A stretch of 19,358 nt of DNA from an uncultured Deferribacteres bacterium. Its GTDB lineage: Bacteria > Zhuqueibacterota > Zhuqueibacteria > Zhuqueibacterales > Geothermadaptataceae. The stretch is taken from positions 1-19,358 of the forward strand of contig CAXHAT010000153.1 in the NCBI GenBank assembly GCA_964014485.1, given 5' to 3'. The number at the start of each line of letters is the position of its first letter. The stretch's first letter is position 1. Made by a program: the position numbers and the translations under genes. Under the pieces are notes generated by a model. That model made no database searches and was not told the origin of the DNA. It saw only the letters and a program-made list of their open reading frames with translations. This document shows, in pieces, positions 1 through 8,362 of the stretch.

Positions 1-21
1 TCCCGCCTGCGCGGGAATGAC
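1..21. repeat. Partial REP-like palindrome (ATTCCC-N8-GGGAAT / GTCATTCCCGCGCAGGCGGGA type), cut by the window edge
   Basis: TCCCGC-CTGC-GCGGGA hairpin followed by ATGAC. Its reverse complement GTCATTCCCGCGCAGGCGGGA is a widespread intergenic repeat type recognised from memory. Confidence 0.7.
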
Positions 22-267
22 GTAAAAGCGACATTTCTCTGGTGCTGCTTGAGAAATTTCCAAGAGTGCGTCACATCAGTGAGTAACTTTTTCGGAGTGT
101 GGCGATTCATCGTCGCCAGTGCCGGCAAGCTGCGCTCAAACGCTGAGGCGTTTGCCCCCGAAGTTACCACCCGCTCAAGACCGCAAGCATGGTTGGCTAA
201 CCGAGTACTGGATTTATCAATTGAAAAAACCTCGGAACGGCGAGTACCAAAACTGACGAGGCGCAAA

Positions 268-1491
268 ATGATATCTGCTGATTTTCGCAAAGCTTACGAA
301 ATTTTAGCTGAAAAGCTTGGAAGCCGCGATCTTGATTCCATTAAAAAGTCGCTGAAAAAGCAACATATTGAAACGCCGAGTTGGGGCTATGGAAACAGCG
401 GCACGCGTTTCAAGACTTTTGCTTGGCCCGGCGCGGCGCGCAACGTTTTTGAAAAAATTTCGGACGCCGCTTATGTCCACAAGCTCACCGGCGTTGCGCC
501 GTCCGTCGCGCTGCACATCCCATGGGACAAAACTGATGATTGGGACGCGTTAGTTCAATTCACCGCTGAAAAGGGCGTTTCCATCGGTGCGATCAATCCC
601 AACGTTTTTCAGGCGGATCAATACAAGCTCGGCTCACTCTGTAATCCGGACGCCGCCGCACGCGAGAATGCGATTTCTCATATGATCGAGTGCTGTGAAA
701 TCATGCAAAAAACCGACAGTGACGTCCTCAGCGTTTGGCTCGCGGATGGAACCAACTATGCCGGGCAAGACGATTTAGTGCGGCGTAAAACATTTTTGGA
801 AGAAGGTCTGAAAAAGACCTACGCGCACTTGCCGGAAAACAGCCGGATGCTGATCGAATACAAATTCTTCGAGCCCGCCTTTTATCATACTGATCTTGCT
901 GATTGGGGCATGGCCTACGCCATGTCGCTGAAATGCGGCCCGAAAGCTGAAGTTTTGGTAGACACAGGGCATCATGCGCAAGGCACAAACATTCCGCATA
1001 TTGTGGCTTTTCTTTTGAGCGAGGGCAAATTGGGCGGGTTTCATTTCAACGCACGTAAGTACGCCGACGACGATCTTATCGTCGGGACGGAAAACCCATT
1101 CGAGCTTTTTGACATATTTACCAAGATTGTGAGCGCAGGAAAAGCGGCGGGAAATGTGGCTTACATGATCGACCAGAGCCACAACATCGAGCCAAAACTG
1201 GAAGCTATGATTTACAGCGTGGTCAATTGCCAAATCGCGTATGCCAAAGCGCTGATCGTTGATTATAATGCGCTCTCAGAAGCGCAGCAGGCTGGGGACG
1301 TGCTTGGCGCACATAGAATTTTGGTTGACGCTTACGAAACGGATGTGCGGCCACTGCTCGCCGTCGTGCGGGAAGAGATGGGAATCGATCCAGATCCAAT
1401 CGCAGCATATCGCGCTGATAATTACGCTGCCAAAATCGCGGAAGAGCGTGGAACGGCCGAGGCGGGCGGCGGCTATCCAACAGACTCTTAA
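268..1491 (+). CDS. rhaI: L-rhamnose isomerase (RhaI / xylose-isomerase-like TIM barrel)
   Basis: Motifs [43 protein letters not shown] and MIDQSH; rhamnulokinase lies nearby. Start moved from TTG 49 to in-frame ATG 268 (MISADF), which has GAGG at 258-261. Confidence 0.9.
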   Translation: MISADFRKAYEILAEKLGSRDLDSIKKSLKKQHIETPSWGYGNSGTRFKTFAWPGAARNVFEKISDAAYVHKLTGVAPSVALHIPWDKTDDWDALVQFTAEKGVSIGAINPNVFQADQYKLGSLCNPDAAARENAISHMIECCEIMQKTDSDVLSVWLADGTNYAGQDDLVRRKTFLEEGLKKTYAHLPENSRMLIEYKFFEPAFYHTDLADWGMAYAMSLKCGPKAEVLVDTGHHAQGTNIPHIVAFLLSEGKLGGFHFNARKYADDDLIVGTENPFELFDIFTKIVSAGKAAGNVAYMIDQSHNIEPKLEAMIYSVVNCQIAYAKALIVDYNALSEAQQAGDVLGAHRILVDAYETDVRPLLAVVREEMGIDPDPIAAYRADNYAAKIAEERGTAEAGGGYPTDS

Positions 1492-1501
1492 CCCCATCTG
1501 C

Positions 1502-1726
1502 TCACTTGGGATATTCAGTTTTGGGGCGCTTGTAGAGGGCGTTTTCTATCTGAGAAACATTTTTATCGGAAGGCTGGCCGAATTTCAATTCGACTCCACG
1601 TTCTTGAAATAGCGCTAAGACCGAATCATGTGATTTCTTAAAATAATCTTGCACATTTTTGCATGAAGCGGACAATCGGCGCTGCACTCGATATTTTTCT
1701 GAAAGTATTTCGTTTTTTATCATCAT
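1502..1726 (-). CDS. Small hypothetical protein, probable antitoxin/partner of the upstream PIN gene
   Basis: 74 aa; 4-nt ATGA overlap with the PIN stop indicates translational coupling; same AT-rich composition as the PIN gene. Confidence 0.6.
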   Translation of the reverse strand: MMIKNEILSEKYRVQRRLSASCKNVQDYFKKSHDSVLALFQERGVELKFGQPSDKNVSQIENALYKRPKTEYPK

Positions 1727-2193
1727 TCGATTTCCTTGAATAGTTCCATAGGTGTGACAATCTCTGGAGAAGACAAACCGAGTCTTCCATTTATTACCCG
1801 AATATGCTTACGCTTATTGGCATTGGCCAAATGATTACAATTCCATGTTAACAGGTAATCAATGTTGTAGTAAGAAGCATAAGCCAAGTGCGCTGCGTCG
1901 CCAAGAAATGATTTTGGCATCACATGGTTTTCAATGTAAAACTCGACGATTTTAGCTAAATCAGAAGCGTTGCTCAGAATTGGAACTTCTGTCACGAAAT
2001 CAATAATTCTTTTTTTATGCGGGTAATTGCCGGCGCTGAGCTCTTGGATTACAGCTTCCGAAATCCAAACCTCATAGTTTTTGGATTCATTATTCCACCA
2101 ATCCCGCGTAATCCTGATAAAGGGTTGAATGGAGTCGCGATCATCGAAAAAATAACTCGGGATGGTAGAATCGAGATATACTTTTTCTTTCAT
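1723..2193 (-). CDS. PIN-domain ribonuclease (VapC-like type II toxin)
   Basis: VYLDSTIPS (first acidic residue), ISEAVIQEL, GDAAHLAYA and LLTWNCNHLAN match a common PIN subfamily; 156 aa. Confidence 0.85.
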   Translation of the reverse strand: MKEKVYLDSTIPSYFFDDRDSIQPFIRITRDWWNNESKNYEVWISEAVIQELSAGNYPHKKRIIDFVTEVPILSNASDLAKIVEFYIENHVMPKSFLGDAAHLAYASYYNIDYLLTWNCNHLANANKRKHIRVINGRLGLSSPEIVTPMELFKEIE

Positions 2194-2199
2194 GACAAA

Positions 2200-2219
2200 A
2201 TTATCTCAATTTTTTTGAG
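2200..2219 (-). promoter_or_regulatory. Putative extended -10 promoter plus inverted-repeat operator of the PIN cassette
   Basis: Minus strand reads TGa-GATAAT, then 6 nt, then ATG. An inverted repeat CTCAA-N5-TTGAG (2205-2219) overlaps it. Confidence 0.35.
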
Positions 2220-2292
2220 CATCAAAACAAAATAGGCATTCACAAGTTTATTTCCAAACAAAGTGAGATTTCAGTAAACTTCAGATAGTCAA

Positions 2293-3684
2293 ATGAAAGA
2301 TGAAAAAACGGTTCTCGCTATCGATTTAGGCGCCGAGTCCGGGCGGGTGATGGCGGCGCATTTCGACGGCGAGTCATTGAGTCTTGAGGAGATTCATCGC
2401 TTTGCAAACACGCCAGTTCGCGTGCGCGAGACGCTGTACTGGGATGTTTTGCATCTTTGGCGGGAAATTCAGGCAGGTATTCGCAAGGCAAAACATTTGA
2501 AGCCAGCCAGTCTCGCCGTCGATGCGTGGGGCGTAGATTTCGCCTTGCTGGACAAAGATGGGCGCCTCTTGGGAAATCCTGTGCATTACCGCGACAAACG
2601 CACGGACGGGATGCTGGAAAAAACGTTCGCTCGCGTTTCTAAAGCGGATATTTTTGCTCAGACCGGAGTGCAGTTCTTATCGATCAACACGTTGTACCAA
2701 ATGATGAGTCTGGTTGAAACGCAATCGCCGCTGTTGAAAGTCGCCGAGACGTTTTTGACCATTCCCGACTTGATCAATTTCTGGCTGACGGGTGAAAAAG
2801 TCTGCGAATTCACCAACGCAACGACGACGCAAATGTACAACCCCACGGCTGGCGGATGGGAAATTGATCTGATGGACGCACTGGGGATTCCGCGCCGGAT
2901 TTTTCCGCCCATCGTTTCACCCGGAACAAGGCTTGGAGAATTTGAGGGGATTCCAGTGATTGCGCCAGCATGTCACGACACTGGCAGCGCCGTTGCAGCC
3001 GTCCCGACGAGTTCGCCGAACTTCGCCTACATTAGCAGCGGCACCTGGAGCCTTGTGGGTTTGGAAATTGAAGATCCGATCATTTCTTCTGAAGCGCTGG
3101 CGGCAAATGCGACCAACGAAGGCGGCGTGAACAACACATTTCGATTTTTGAAAAACGTCATGGGGTTGTGGATTTTGCAGCAGTGCCGTGAAACCTGGCA
3201 AAACCAGGGAGATGAATTTTCATACGCCGAGCTCACACGTCTGGCTCAAGCCGCAGAGACGACAAATGCAATCGTTCCCGTGGACGATGCAATGTTCCTG
3301 GCTCCGGGGGATCATCCAAAATTTATTCAGAATTTTTGCCGTAAAACCAACCAACCCGTGCCAGAAACGGTTGGCGAGATCACGCGTTGTGTTTTGGAGA
3401 GTTTGGCGGCCGCCTACCGGGACGCGTTGGAAAAATTATTGAAAGCATCGGGCAAGAAGGCTGACGTGATTCACGTCATTGGCGGCGGTTCGCAGAATGA
3501 ATTACTTAATGAATTGACCGCAAAAGCTACGGGACTCTCTGTGGTCGCCGGGCCAGTTGAGGCAACGGCGTTAGGTAATGCTTTGGCACAATTGATTGCC
3601 TTGGGTGAAATTAAGAATTTCGAAGAGGGTAGAAGCATGGTAAGCAAGACTGCGGAGTCAAAACAGCTCGAATTTTCGACTTAG
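2293..3684 (+). CDS. rhaB: Rhamnulokinase (FGGY family carbohydrate kinase)
   Basis: LAIDLGAESGR, DAWGVDF, HYRD.RT, CHDTGSA, YISSGTWSLVG, NEGG, FLKNVMGLW, IGGGSQN, GPVEATALGN. Confidence 0.93.
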   Translation: MKDEKTVLAIDLGAESGRVMAAHFDGESLSLEEIHRFANTPVRVRETLYWDVLHLWREIQAGIRKAKHLKPASLAVDAWGVDFALLDKDGRLLGNPVHYRDKRTDGMLEKTFARVSKADIFAQTGVQFLSINTLYQMMSLVETQSPLLKVAETFLTIPDLINFWLTGEKVCEFTNATTTQMYNPTAGGWEIDLMDALGIPRRIFPPIVSPGTRLGEFEGIPVIAPACHDTGSAVAAVPTSSPNFAYISSGTWSLVGLEIEDPIISSEALAANATNEGGVNNTFRFLKNVMGLWILQQCRETWQNQGDEFSYAELTRLAQAAETTNAIVPVDDAMFLAPGDHPKFIQNFCRKTNQPVPETVGEITRCVLESLAAAYRDALEKLLKASGKKADVIHVIGGGSQNELLNELTAKATGLSVVAGPVEATALGNALAQLIALGEIKNFEEGRSMVSKTAESKQLEFST

Positions 3685-3741
3685 GACGAGACTCCGCCGG
3701 TCTCAAATCTTCAGAAAATCACGGGGCAGACCCCGTCCTAC
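3682..3741. repeat. Inverted pair of GTAG-type REP-like palindromes between convergent rhaB and lapB
   Basis: Left unit TAGGACGAGACTCCGCCGGTCTC (stem GAGAC/GTCTC). Right unit, reverse-complemented, GTAGGACGGGGTCTGCCCCGT (stem ACGGGG/CCCCGT). Both begin TAGGACG. Confidence 0.6.
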
Positions 3742-3746
3742 GGTGA

Positions 3747-4796
3747 TTATGACGCTTGTTCATCAAACAACGCAAGCGCCTGCTCGACCGCAGCTTTATC
3801 ATTGCCGGAATTATGGAGATAGCGCACAAGGCTTTCTTTGGCTTTCTGAAATTCAGGTTTTTTGCCGATCACTTCACGGCTGAGTTGAATTGCTTGATCA
3901 TACTCGCCTTTTTTGTCTTTGATGTCTGCCAACGCCAGGTAGGCTTCCCAATTCTCCGGACTTTTGGTGATGACGTTTTCGTAGACACTCTCAATCTGCC
4001 CGTAATCGCCGATTTCAAAACGTAATTCCTGCATGCGCTTGAATGCTTGCGCCGCATTGTCCGGATTGGTTTCCACGAATTTTACCAGCGTTTGATAAGC
4101 GTCATCCTTTTTGTCTTCGCCGACAAAAATTTCACACAATTCTGAATACGCCGGATAATGACCGGCGTCAACCTTGATCGCGTCCTTGAACGCCTCGCGC
4201 GCGTCTTTCTTTTTCCCGTCCGCGAGAAACTGCCGGCCGGTCTCGACACGGTATGCCGCGATCTTGGAACTATCGTTCAAATTCTTCTGTTTCGCGAGCA
4301 ATCGATAAACTTCTTCGGCTTTTTTCCAATCCTTTCTGGTTTCATGAATACGCAATTCCTGCTCGCGCGCCCAAAGATCGTTTTTCTGCAATTTGTAGAT
4401 TTTTTCGAGAATCTTCAAAGCGGCGTCATAATGATCTTTTGCTTCAAAATCCGCTTCGAGACTGCGCAGTATGAGCATTTGCTCGGCAGTGTTGAGATTG
4501 GTTCGCACGACAAGATCGCCGTGTACTTTTATCGCTTGTTCAACATGCCCGCCGTCGCGTAAAATATCGCCGATTTTGATGTAGGCGTCGACGTTCTCGG
4601 TGTTTTTCCGCGCCGCTTCGCGCAGCTTTTTCAAAGCCATCGTGCGGTCGCCGGAAACCAGGTAGTTAAGCCCGGCGGCGTAATCCGCGGCGGCGGAATT
4701 ATCCTCGTTGTCTGATTTTCTCATGGTAAAAAATATTATTCCGGCGAGCACAACAACGCCGAACACGATGAGCATGAAATAGCCAAAACTGTCCAT
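3747..4796 (-). CDS. lapB: LapB-like TPR protein (N-terminal TM anchor plus TPR repeats; no C-terminal rubredoxin domain)
   Basis: N-terminal hydrophobic helix, then DYAAGLNYL, AYIKIGDILRDGGHVEQAIKVH and further TPRs; lies downstream of lapA and rpsA. Confidence 0.75.
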   Translation of the reverse strand: MDSFGYFMLIVFGVVVLAGIIFFTMRKSDNEDNSAAADYAAGLNYLVSGDRTMALKKLREAARKNTENVDAYIKIGDILRDGGHVEQAIKVHGDLVVRTNLNTAEQMLILRSLEADFEAKDHYDAALKILEKIYKLQKNDLWAREQELRIHETRKDWKKAEEVYRLLAKQKNLNDSSKIAAYRVETGRQFLADGKKKDAREAFKDAIKVDAGHYPAYSELCEIFVGEDKKDDAYQTLVKFVETNPDNAAQAFKRMQELRFEIGDYGQIESVYENVITKSPENWEAYLALADIKDKKGEYDQAIQLSREVIGKKPEFQKAKESLVRYLHNSGNDKAAVEQALALFDEQAS

Positions 4797-4870
4797 TTGC
4801 CGTCAACCTTATCTGTTTTCTTTGCTCAATACGCTCCACTCGTTTTCCTGACGACAACTATCGCTTCCTG

Positions 4871-4941
4871 TTGTCGTTCTGGAGGAATCTACTCGGCTCG
4901 ATTTCCGGCAACAAGTAAAATAGATTCCTCCTGAATGACAA
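4871..4941. repeat. 21-bp imperfect inverted repeat (GTCATTC...GAATGAC-type REP-like element)
   Basis: TTGTCGTTCTGGAGGAATCTA (4871-4891) against TAGATTCCTCCTGAATGACAA (4921-4941); 19 of 21 positions complementary, 29-nt spacer. Confidence 0.75.
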
Positions 4942-5002
4942 ATCAGCATAACTGTCTCGGTCAACGAATGAATTCAAATTAATTTATTCCTAAGTGGAAG
5001 AT

Positions 5003-5335
5003 TTAGTTTTTCGCAGCGGGCAGGGCCTTGAGTTCGATCTCGTCTTCGATGGATAAGTTACGCAGACTGTCCAACTCTTTGCGAATCCGGTTGTTTTCCT
5101 TTTCAGATTTTTTGATTTCACGCTTCAAAGCCAAAACCTGAAAAACCGAAATACTGAGCCAAAATATCATGCCAAGCGCAAAGGAAGCGTAAACGATTAT
5201 CCAAATGGGCAATTCCCCAGTTTCATAAACGCCGGCCAAAAAGACGACGGAAACCGTTTTTTCCAAATTCTGGAATGCAAATCCCAAAACGATCAGGCTG
5301 ATGACTGCAATCGCAACCCACCGTACAATCCACAT
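5003..5335 (-). CDS. lapA: LapA family (DUF1049) lipopolysaccharide assembly protein A
   Basis: Two TM helices with an FAFQN motif, then a coiled-coil tail ending LRNL; SD AAGGAG upstream; lies between rpsA and lapB. Confidence 0.8.
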   Translation of the reverse strand: MWIVRWVAIAVISLIVLGFAFQNLEKTVSVVFLAGVYETGELPIWIIVYASFALGMIFWLSISVFQVLALKREIKKSEKENNRIRKELDSLRNLSIEDEIELKALPAAKN

Positions 5336-5379
5336 GCGGCTTTCTCCTTGCTCAATCTTTAGCGTGTTGTCTAGAAACT

Positions 5380-5418
5380 AAAAAAATAGGCTGAACAGAG
5401 TCGAAGTCCGTCCAGCCT
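5380..5418 (-). terminator. Rho-independent terminator after rpsA
   Basis: Minus-strand RNA AGGCUGGACGGA-CUUCGAC-UCUGUUCAGCCU (12-bp stem with 2 G-U pairs) followed by A and U7. Confidence 0.8.
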
Positions 5419-5444
5419 TGAAAATGAAATACAATTTCAGAAGG

Positions 5445-7637
5445 TTAGTCCTTTTTGTCGGCTTTCTCTTCCTCGTTTTCATCAACTTCGGACTTGTCCG
5501 CCTCTTCGGCGGGCGCGTCGTCGGACAGCGCTTCTTCGGAAGTCTCCGAGTCCGCGTCCGTACCGTCACCTTCAGCATCGGAAGCCGCTTCTTTTTCCGC
5601 TCCGTCTTCGTCAGCCTGTGCGGCCGCCGTTTCAGGGGCGTCTGAAGCTTCATCGTCAGCGCCGGATTCTTCAGGCGCTTCGGTTTCAGCTTGGGCTTCT
5701 TCCTCAGGAGCAGACGCTTCGGCTTCTTCAGACGCGTCCGGCTCTGCATCGGCAGCTTCCGCAGAAGCTTCGGCTTCAGCAGCATCCGGCTCGTTCGTCG
5801 CGCCTTCCGCTTCCGCAGCTTCATCATCCGCCGAATCTTCCGTCACTTCCGCAGCCATTTCACGAGCGGCGGCTTTTTCTGAAAGAATGATCTTTTTGTG
5901 CTCTTTATTGAATTCAATAACGAGCAAATCCAGAGCATCGCCGACAGTGTAGCCTTCGGAAGGCTTGCTGAGGTTTTCTTTGACCAGATGGCTCATCGGA
6001 ACAAAACCGTCGACTTCTTCCGGCAGCTCAACGATGACGCCTTTGTCGATCATGCGCACGATTTTTCCATTCGTCGCTTTACCGACGCTGTAAGAATCGA
6101 TGAACTGATCCCAAGGGTTGTCTTTCGTCTGCTTGTAGCCGAGAGAAATCCGGCGATTGTCTTTGTCCAAGTTGAGTACGACAACGTCAACTTCATCGCC
6201 TTTTTTCAGCACCTCTCCAGGATGGCGAATCTTCTTCGTCCAGGAAAGATCGGAGATGTGAACGAGTCCGTCAATACCCTCTTCCAATTCGACGAAAGCG
6301 CCAAACGCAGTAAGATTACGCACGACGCCGTTCTGCTGCGAACCAACTGGAAATTTATCGCCGATTTGATCCCATGGATCCGGCTCAAGCTGCTTCAGAC
6401 CGAGAGAAATCTTGCGGCCTTCCGCGTCCAGGTTGAGCACTTTTGCTTCCACGGTTTCGCCGACGGAAACCAGCTTCGACGGGTGGCGAATGTGCTGGGT
6501 CCAGCTCATTTCGGAAATATGGATCAGGCCTTCAACGCCTTTTTCCAGCTCTACGAAAGCACCGTAGTCGGAAATGCTGACCACTTTACCTGTGATGATG
6601 GAGTCGACCGGATATTTCTTGTCCACGTCAATCCACGGGTGCGGCTGCAATTGCTTGTAACCCAGGGAGATGCGGTCTTTCGCTTCGTTGAAATCGAGCA
6701 CCATGATTTTGACTTTCTCATCAAGGGAAACGATTTCTGAAGGATGATTGACCCGTCCCCAGGAAAGGTCGTTGATGTGAAGCAGGCCGTCAACGCCGCC
6801 GAGATCGATGAACACGCCAAAGTCGGTAATGTTTTTAACAATACCTTCCAGGATTTGCTCTTTTTCGAGGTTGTCCAGAATAGCCTTGCGATGTTCAACC
6901 AATTCCGCTTCGACCAGAATACGGTGTGAAACAACGATATTTTTCCTGGACTCGTTGACCTTGACGATACGGAAATCCATATCGTGGCCAATAAAAGCGT
7001 CAAAGTCGCGAATCGGGCGAACATCGATTTGCGATCCGGGCAAGAAGGCGTCGACGCCTTGCAGATCGACAACGATACCGCCTTTAATGCGTCGCATACA
7101 GCGACCGGAGAGGACTTCTTCATTTTCAAAAGAAGTCACAACGCGCGCCCACGCTTCCATGAATTCCGCTTTTTTGCGGGAAAGAACGAGCTGGCCGTCT
7201 TTGTTCTCAACAGTGTCGAGAAAAACTTCAACGTCTTGTCCAACTTCCAACTCGTCAGGTGAAGAGAATTCTTCTAGAGAAACAATGCCTTCGGACTTAA
7301 AGCCAATGTCAATCGCAACGTCTTTGTCCGAAATAGCGAGCACTTTGCCCGTCACCACTTCGCCTTCGGCAAAGTCTGACATCGTACTCTCGTAGAGATT
7401 GGTGAAGTTTCTTTGTTCTTCCTCGTCGTATTCCATTTCTTCTTTCAAATCCGCGAAATCGACGACATTGTCTTCACCTTCGAAAAGGCCTGAAGCTGCA
7501 AGAGCGCTGTTCTTGTTCGTCGTCGCGACGACTTCCGGAGCGACCGGCAGGTCTTCGCTGACAACAGAATCGGAGCCGTTTGCTTCCGCTTCAGGGTTTA
7601 GTGATTGATTTGATGATTGTTTGAGATCATCCGACAT
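5445..7637 (-). CDS. rpsA: 30S ribosomal protein S1 with acidic N- and C-terminal extensions
   Basis: Six S1 repeats (DIGFKSEG, AFLPGSQID, DFGVFIDLGGVDGLLH, YGAFVELEKGVEGLIH, FGAFVELEEGIDGLVH, GVIVELPEEVDGFV); SD AAGGAGGT at 7648-7655; downstream of cmk-plsC. Confidence 0.97.
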   Translation of the reverse strand: MSDDLKQSSNQSLNPEAEANGSDSVVSEDLPVAPEVVATTNKNSALAASGLFEGEDNVVDFADLKEEMEYDEEEQRNFTNLYESTMSDFAEGEVVTGKVLAISDKDVAIDIGFKSEGIVSLEEFSSPDELEVGQDVEVFLDTVENKDGQLVLSRKKAEFMEAWARVVTSFENEEVLSGRCMRRIKGGIVVDLQGVDAFLPGSQIDVRPIRDFDAFIGHDMDFRIVKVNESRKNIVVSHRILVEAELVEHRKAILDNLEKEQILEGIVKNITDFGVFIDLGGVDGLLHINDLSWGRVNHPSEIVSLDEKVKIMVLDFNEAKDRISLGYKQLQPHPWIDVDKKYPVDSIITGKVVSISDYGAFVELEKGVEGLIHISEMSWTQHIRHPSKLVSVGETVEAKVLNLDAEGRKISLGLKQLEPDPWDQIGDKFPVGSQQNGVVRNLTAFGAFVELEEGIDGLVHISDLSWTKKIRHPGEVLKKGDEVDVVVLNLDKDNRRISLGYKQTKDNPWDQFIDSYSVGKATNGKIVRMIDKGVIVELPEEVDGFVPMSHLVKENLSKPSEGYTVGDALDLLVIEFNKEHKKIILSEKAAAREMAAEVTEDSADDEAAEAEGATNEPDAAEAEASAEAADAEPDASEEAEASAPEEEAQAETEAPEESGADDEASDAPETAAAQADEDGAEKEAASDAEGDGTDADSETSEEALSDDAPAEEADKSEVDENEEEKADKKD

Positions 7638-7723
7638 GATTAAAGTTACCTCCTTGAATTGTATTTATTACCGCACGACAAGCGTACAGCATTTTTTATT
7701 TTTCAAACTCTTTGCTAACAAGA

Positions 7724-8362
7724 TTAAACCTGGAATACGGAATCGTCTTGTTTTTCTCTGGCCATCATCTCAATGTTTTGCATTACGGCCTGCGTAATCA
7801 ACGCATATTTTTCTCGCTTTGAAGCGGCGTTTTCAAGAAGCTGGCCGACATGAATTGGCTCGCCGAAATGCAGTCCGGCTTTGGGGCGCCGAAAAATCGA
7901 GCCTTTCACGCCAAACAATCCTTCAATATAAACCGGGACAACGACAGCGTTCGCCTGGCTCATCAGCAGGCCGATCCCTTCTTTCGGCGCTCGTAAACGC
8001 CCGTCAGTGGAGCGCGTCCCTTCCGGAAACATCACAATGGCGTGGCCGTCGTTCAGCGCTTTCCGTACTTTGCGCAGCGCGCCGACAGTAACGCCGGCGC
8101 GGTCAACAGGAATTGACCTGTACAACCTGATGATCGCTCCTAAGATCGGGTATTCGAAAAGCTCTTTTTTCGCAAGATAGTAGCATCTCTGGGGCACGAA
8201 AGAACCAACAAGCGGCGGGTCATATCCAGAAACATGGTTTGCCGCGACGATCGTCGCGCCGGAGCGAGGCAGGTTTTTGCGGCCTGTTACGTGTAATCTG
8301 AAAATTGTCTTAAGCCAGCAGCGGACAAGAAATTGCGAAACTCGAATAAACCCGTCTCTCAT
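7724..8362 (-). CDS. plsC: 1-acyl-sn-glycerol-3-phosphate acyltransferase
   Basis: ANHVSGYDP (HX4D), LAKKELF, PVDR and FPEGTRS motifs; ATGA overlap with cmk. Confidence 0.9.
   Translation of the reverse strand: MRDGFIRVSQFLVRCWLKTIFRLHVTGRKNLPRSGATIVAANHVSGYDPPLVGSFVPQRCYYLAKKELFEYPILGAIIRLYRSIPVDRAGVTVGALRKVRKALNDGHAIVMFPEGTRSTDGRLRAPKEGIGLLMSQANAVVVPVYIEGLFGVKGSIFRRPKAGLHFGEPIHVGQLLENAASKREKYALITQAVMQNIEMMAREKQDDSVFQV

Noticed and set aside
49..267. 73-codon N-terminal extension of rhamnose isomerase from TTG 49
   Set aside because: It runs through palindromic non-coding-looking DNA; family similarity begins after ATG 268, which has an SD.
1490..1530. Terminator between rhaI and the TA cassette
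   Set aside because: Only a weak CCCA/TGGG pairing with no proper U-tract, and it overlaps coding sequence.
4809..4949. 46-codon minus-strand ORF (MLICHSGGI...) between lapA and lapB
   Set aside because: It is a translation of the inverted repeat itself, with no SD and no family features.
5378..5952. Lys/Arg-rich 149-aa alternative-frame ORF and Ser/Ala-rich 165-aa antisense ORF
   Set aside because: These are frame and antisense shadows of the GAA/GAC/GCN-rich S1 tail; one runs through the rpsA terminator.
5898..7395. Long plus-strand ORFs (280 aa, 195 aa) opposite rpsA
   Set aside because: Typical antisense shadows of a codon-biased, highly expressed gene, with no recognisable motifs.
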